From positions 1-47,497 of the forward strand of contig JAQYVK010000066.1 in the NCBI GenBank assembly GCA_030145585.1: 47,497 bases of DNA, read 5' to 3'. Below, one piece after another: positions 47,297 to 47,497 of this stretch; position 1 is the first letter of the stretch; every line of letters starts with the position of its first letter. Below the pieces are notes generated by a model, which was given only the letters and a program-made list of their open reading frames with translations, had not been told where the DNA came from and did no database searches. Source of the stretch: Desulfatiglandales bacterium (GTDB lineage: Bacteria; Desulfobacterota; DSM-4660; Desulfatiglandales; HGW-15). Position numbers and translations under genes: made by a program.

Positions 47297-47497
47297 TCAA
47301 TTTCCAAAGACGAGTTGTGCGTTCTTGTGGGCGATCTTGGCGGCGACTGAAGGGTCAAGACTGCCCAGAATACGACGCATGCCTCGAATTCTTTGTCGGT
47401 ATTTTTTAGAGGGTTTCTCTCCCCACCTGTAATCCGTCCCTATCATGAAACGATCGGGCATCGCCTCAAAAAGGAGGGCCCAGTCCTCAAACAACTC
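47297..47497 (-). CDS. amidohydrolase-2 (TIM-barrel metal-dependent hydrolase) family protein, C-terminal fragment only
   Basis: The frame is open to the window end. The tail RFMIGTDY......R.L..L.P.VA.KIAHKNAQLVFG is typical of the PF04909-type C-terminus. Confidence 0.55.
   Translation of the reverse strand, partial: ELFEDWALLFEAMPDRFMIGTDYRWGEKPSKKYRQRIRGMRRILGSLDPSVAAKIAHKNAQLVFGN

Overview
This 47.5-kb window looks like core chromosome, with about 38 protein-coding genes, nearly all recognisable. They include guaB-guaA, nadE, a DegT-type aminotransferase with an Fe-alcohol dehydrogenase, ftsH-folP-coaX-ldcA, and an mla lipid-transport set split into mlaEF and mlaDCA. Also present are a tandem CobA-like adenosyltransferase beside an MtaA/URO-D-like protein, an acyl-CoA dehydrogenase, a Ski2/HelY-like helicase, a secreted rhodanese, and resB-ccsA (System II cytochrome c biogenesis). 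The right end carries a bactofilin fusion, serS, a short PBP, glmS, plsC and an M20 hydrolase. The gene content (hemerythrin, Fe-ADH, System II, corrinoid-type enzymes) and the FtsH N-terminus suggest a Desulfobacterota-like anaerobe; this is inference only. I found no rRNA, tRNA, CRISPR array, transposase, integrase, reverse transcriptase or obvious defence or toxin gene, and no convincing new multi-gene protein system. The non-coding DNA is what stands out. Thirteen spacers of 240-700 bp (about 6.5 kb by my coordinates) are packed with at least four families of hairpin-forming, TIR-bounded repeats. The best candidate for something undescribed is a composite repeat of about 310 bp present twice (25.8 kb and 35.7 kb). 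Its 137-bp core is 98.5% identical between copies while its arms have diverged. The core reads like a compact module: a sigma70-like promoter, a terminator-like hairpin and, on the opposite strand, an 18-codon hydrophobic mini-ORF, which would fit an sRNA or a type-I-TA-like unit. This is hypothesis only. Secondary oddities are a pseudo-dimeric CobA, a bactofilin-CarboxypepD_reg fusion, a 690-705 aa phosphohexomutase with a TASHSQ active-site loop, and a run of anchored nuclease-fold proteins. All identities and motif matches were made by eye, without database searches.
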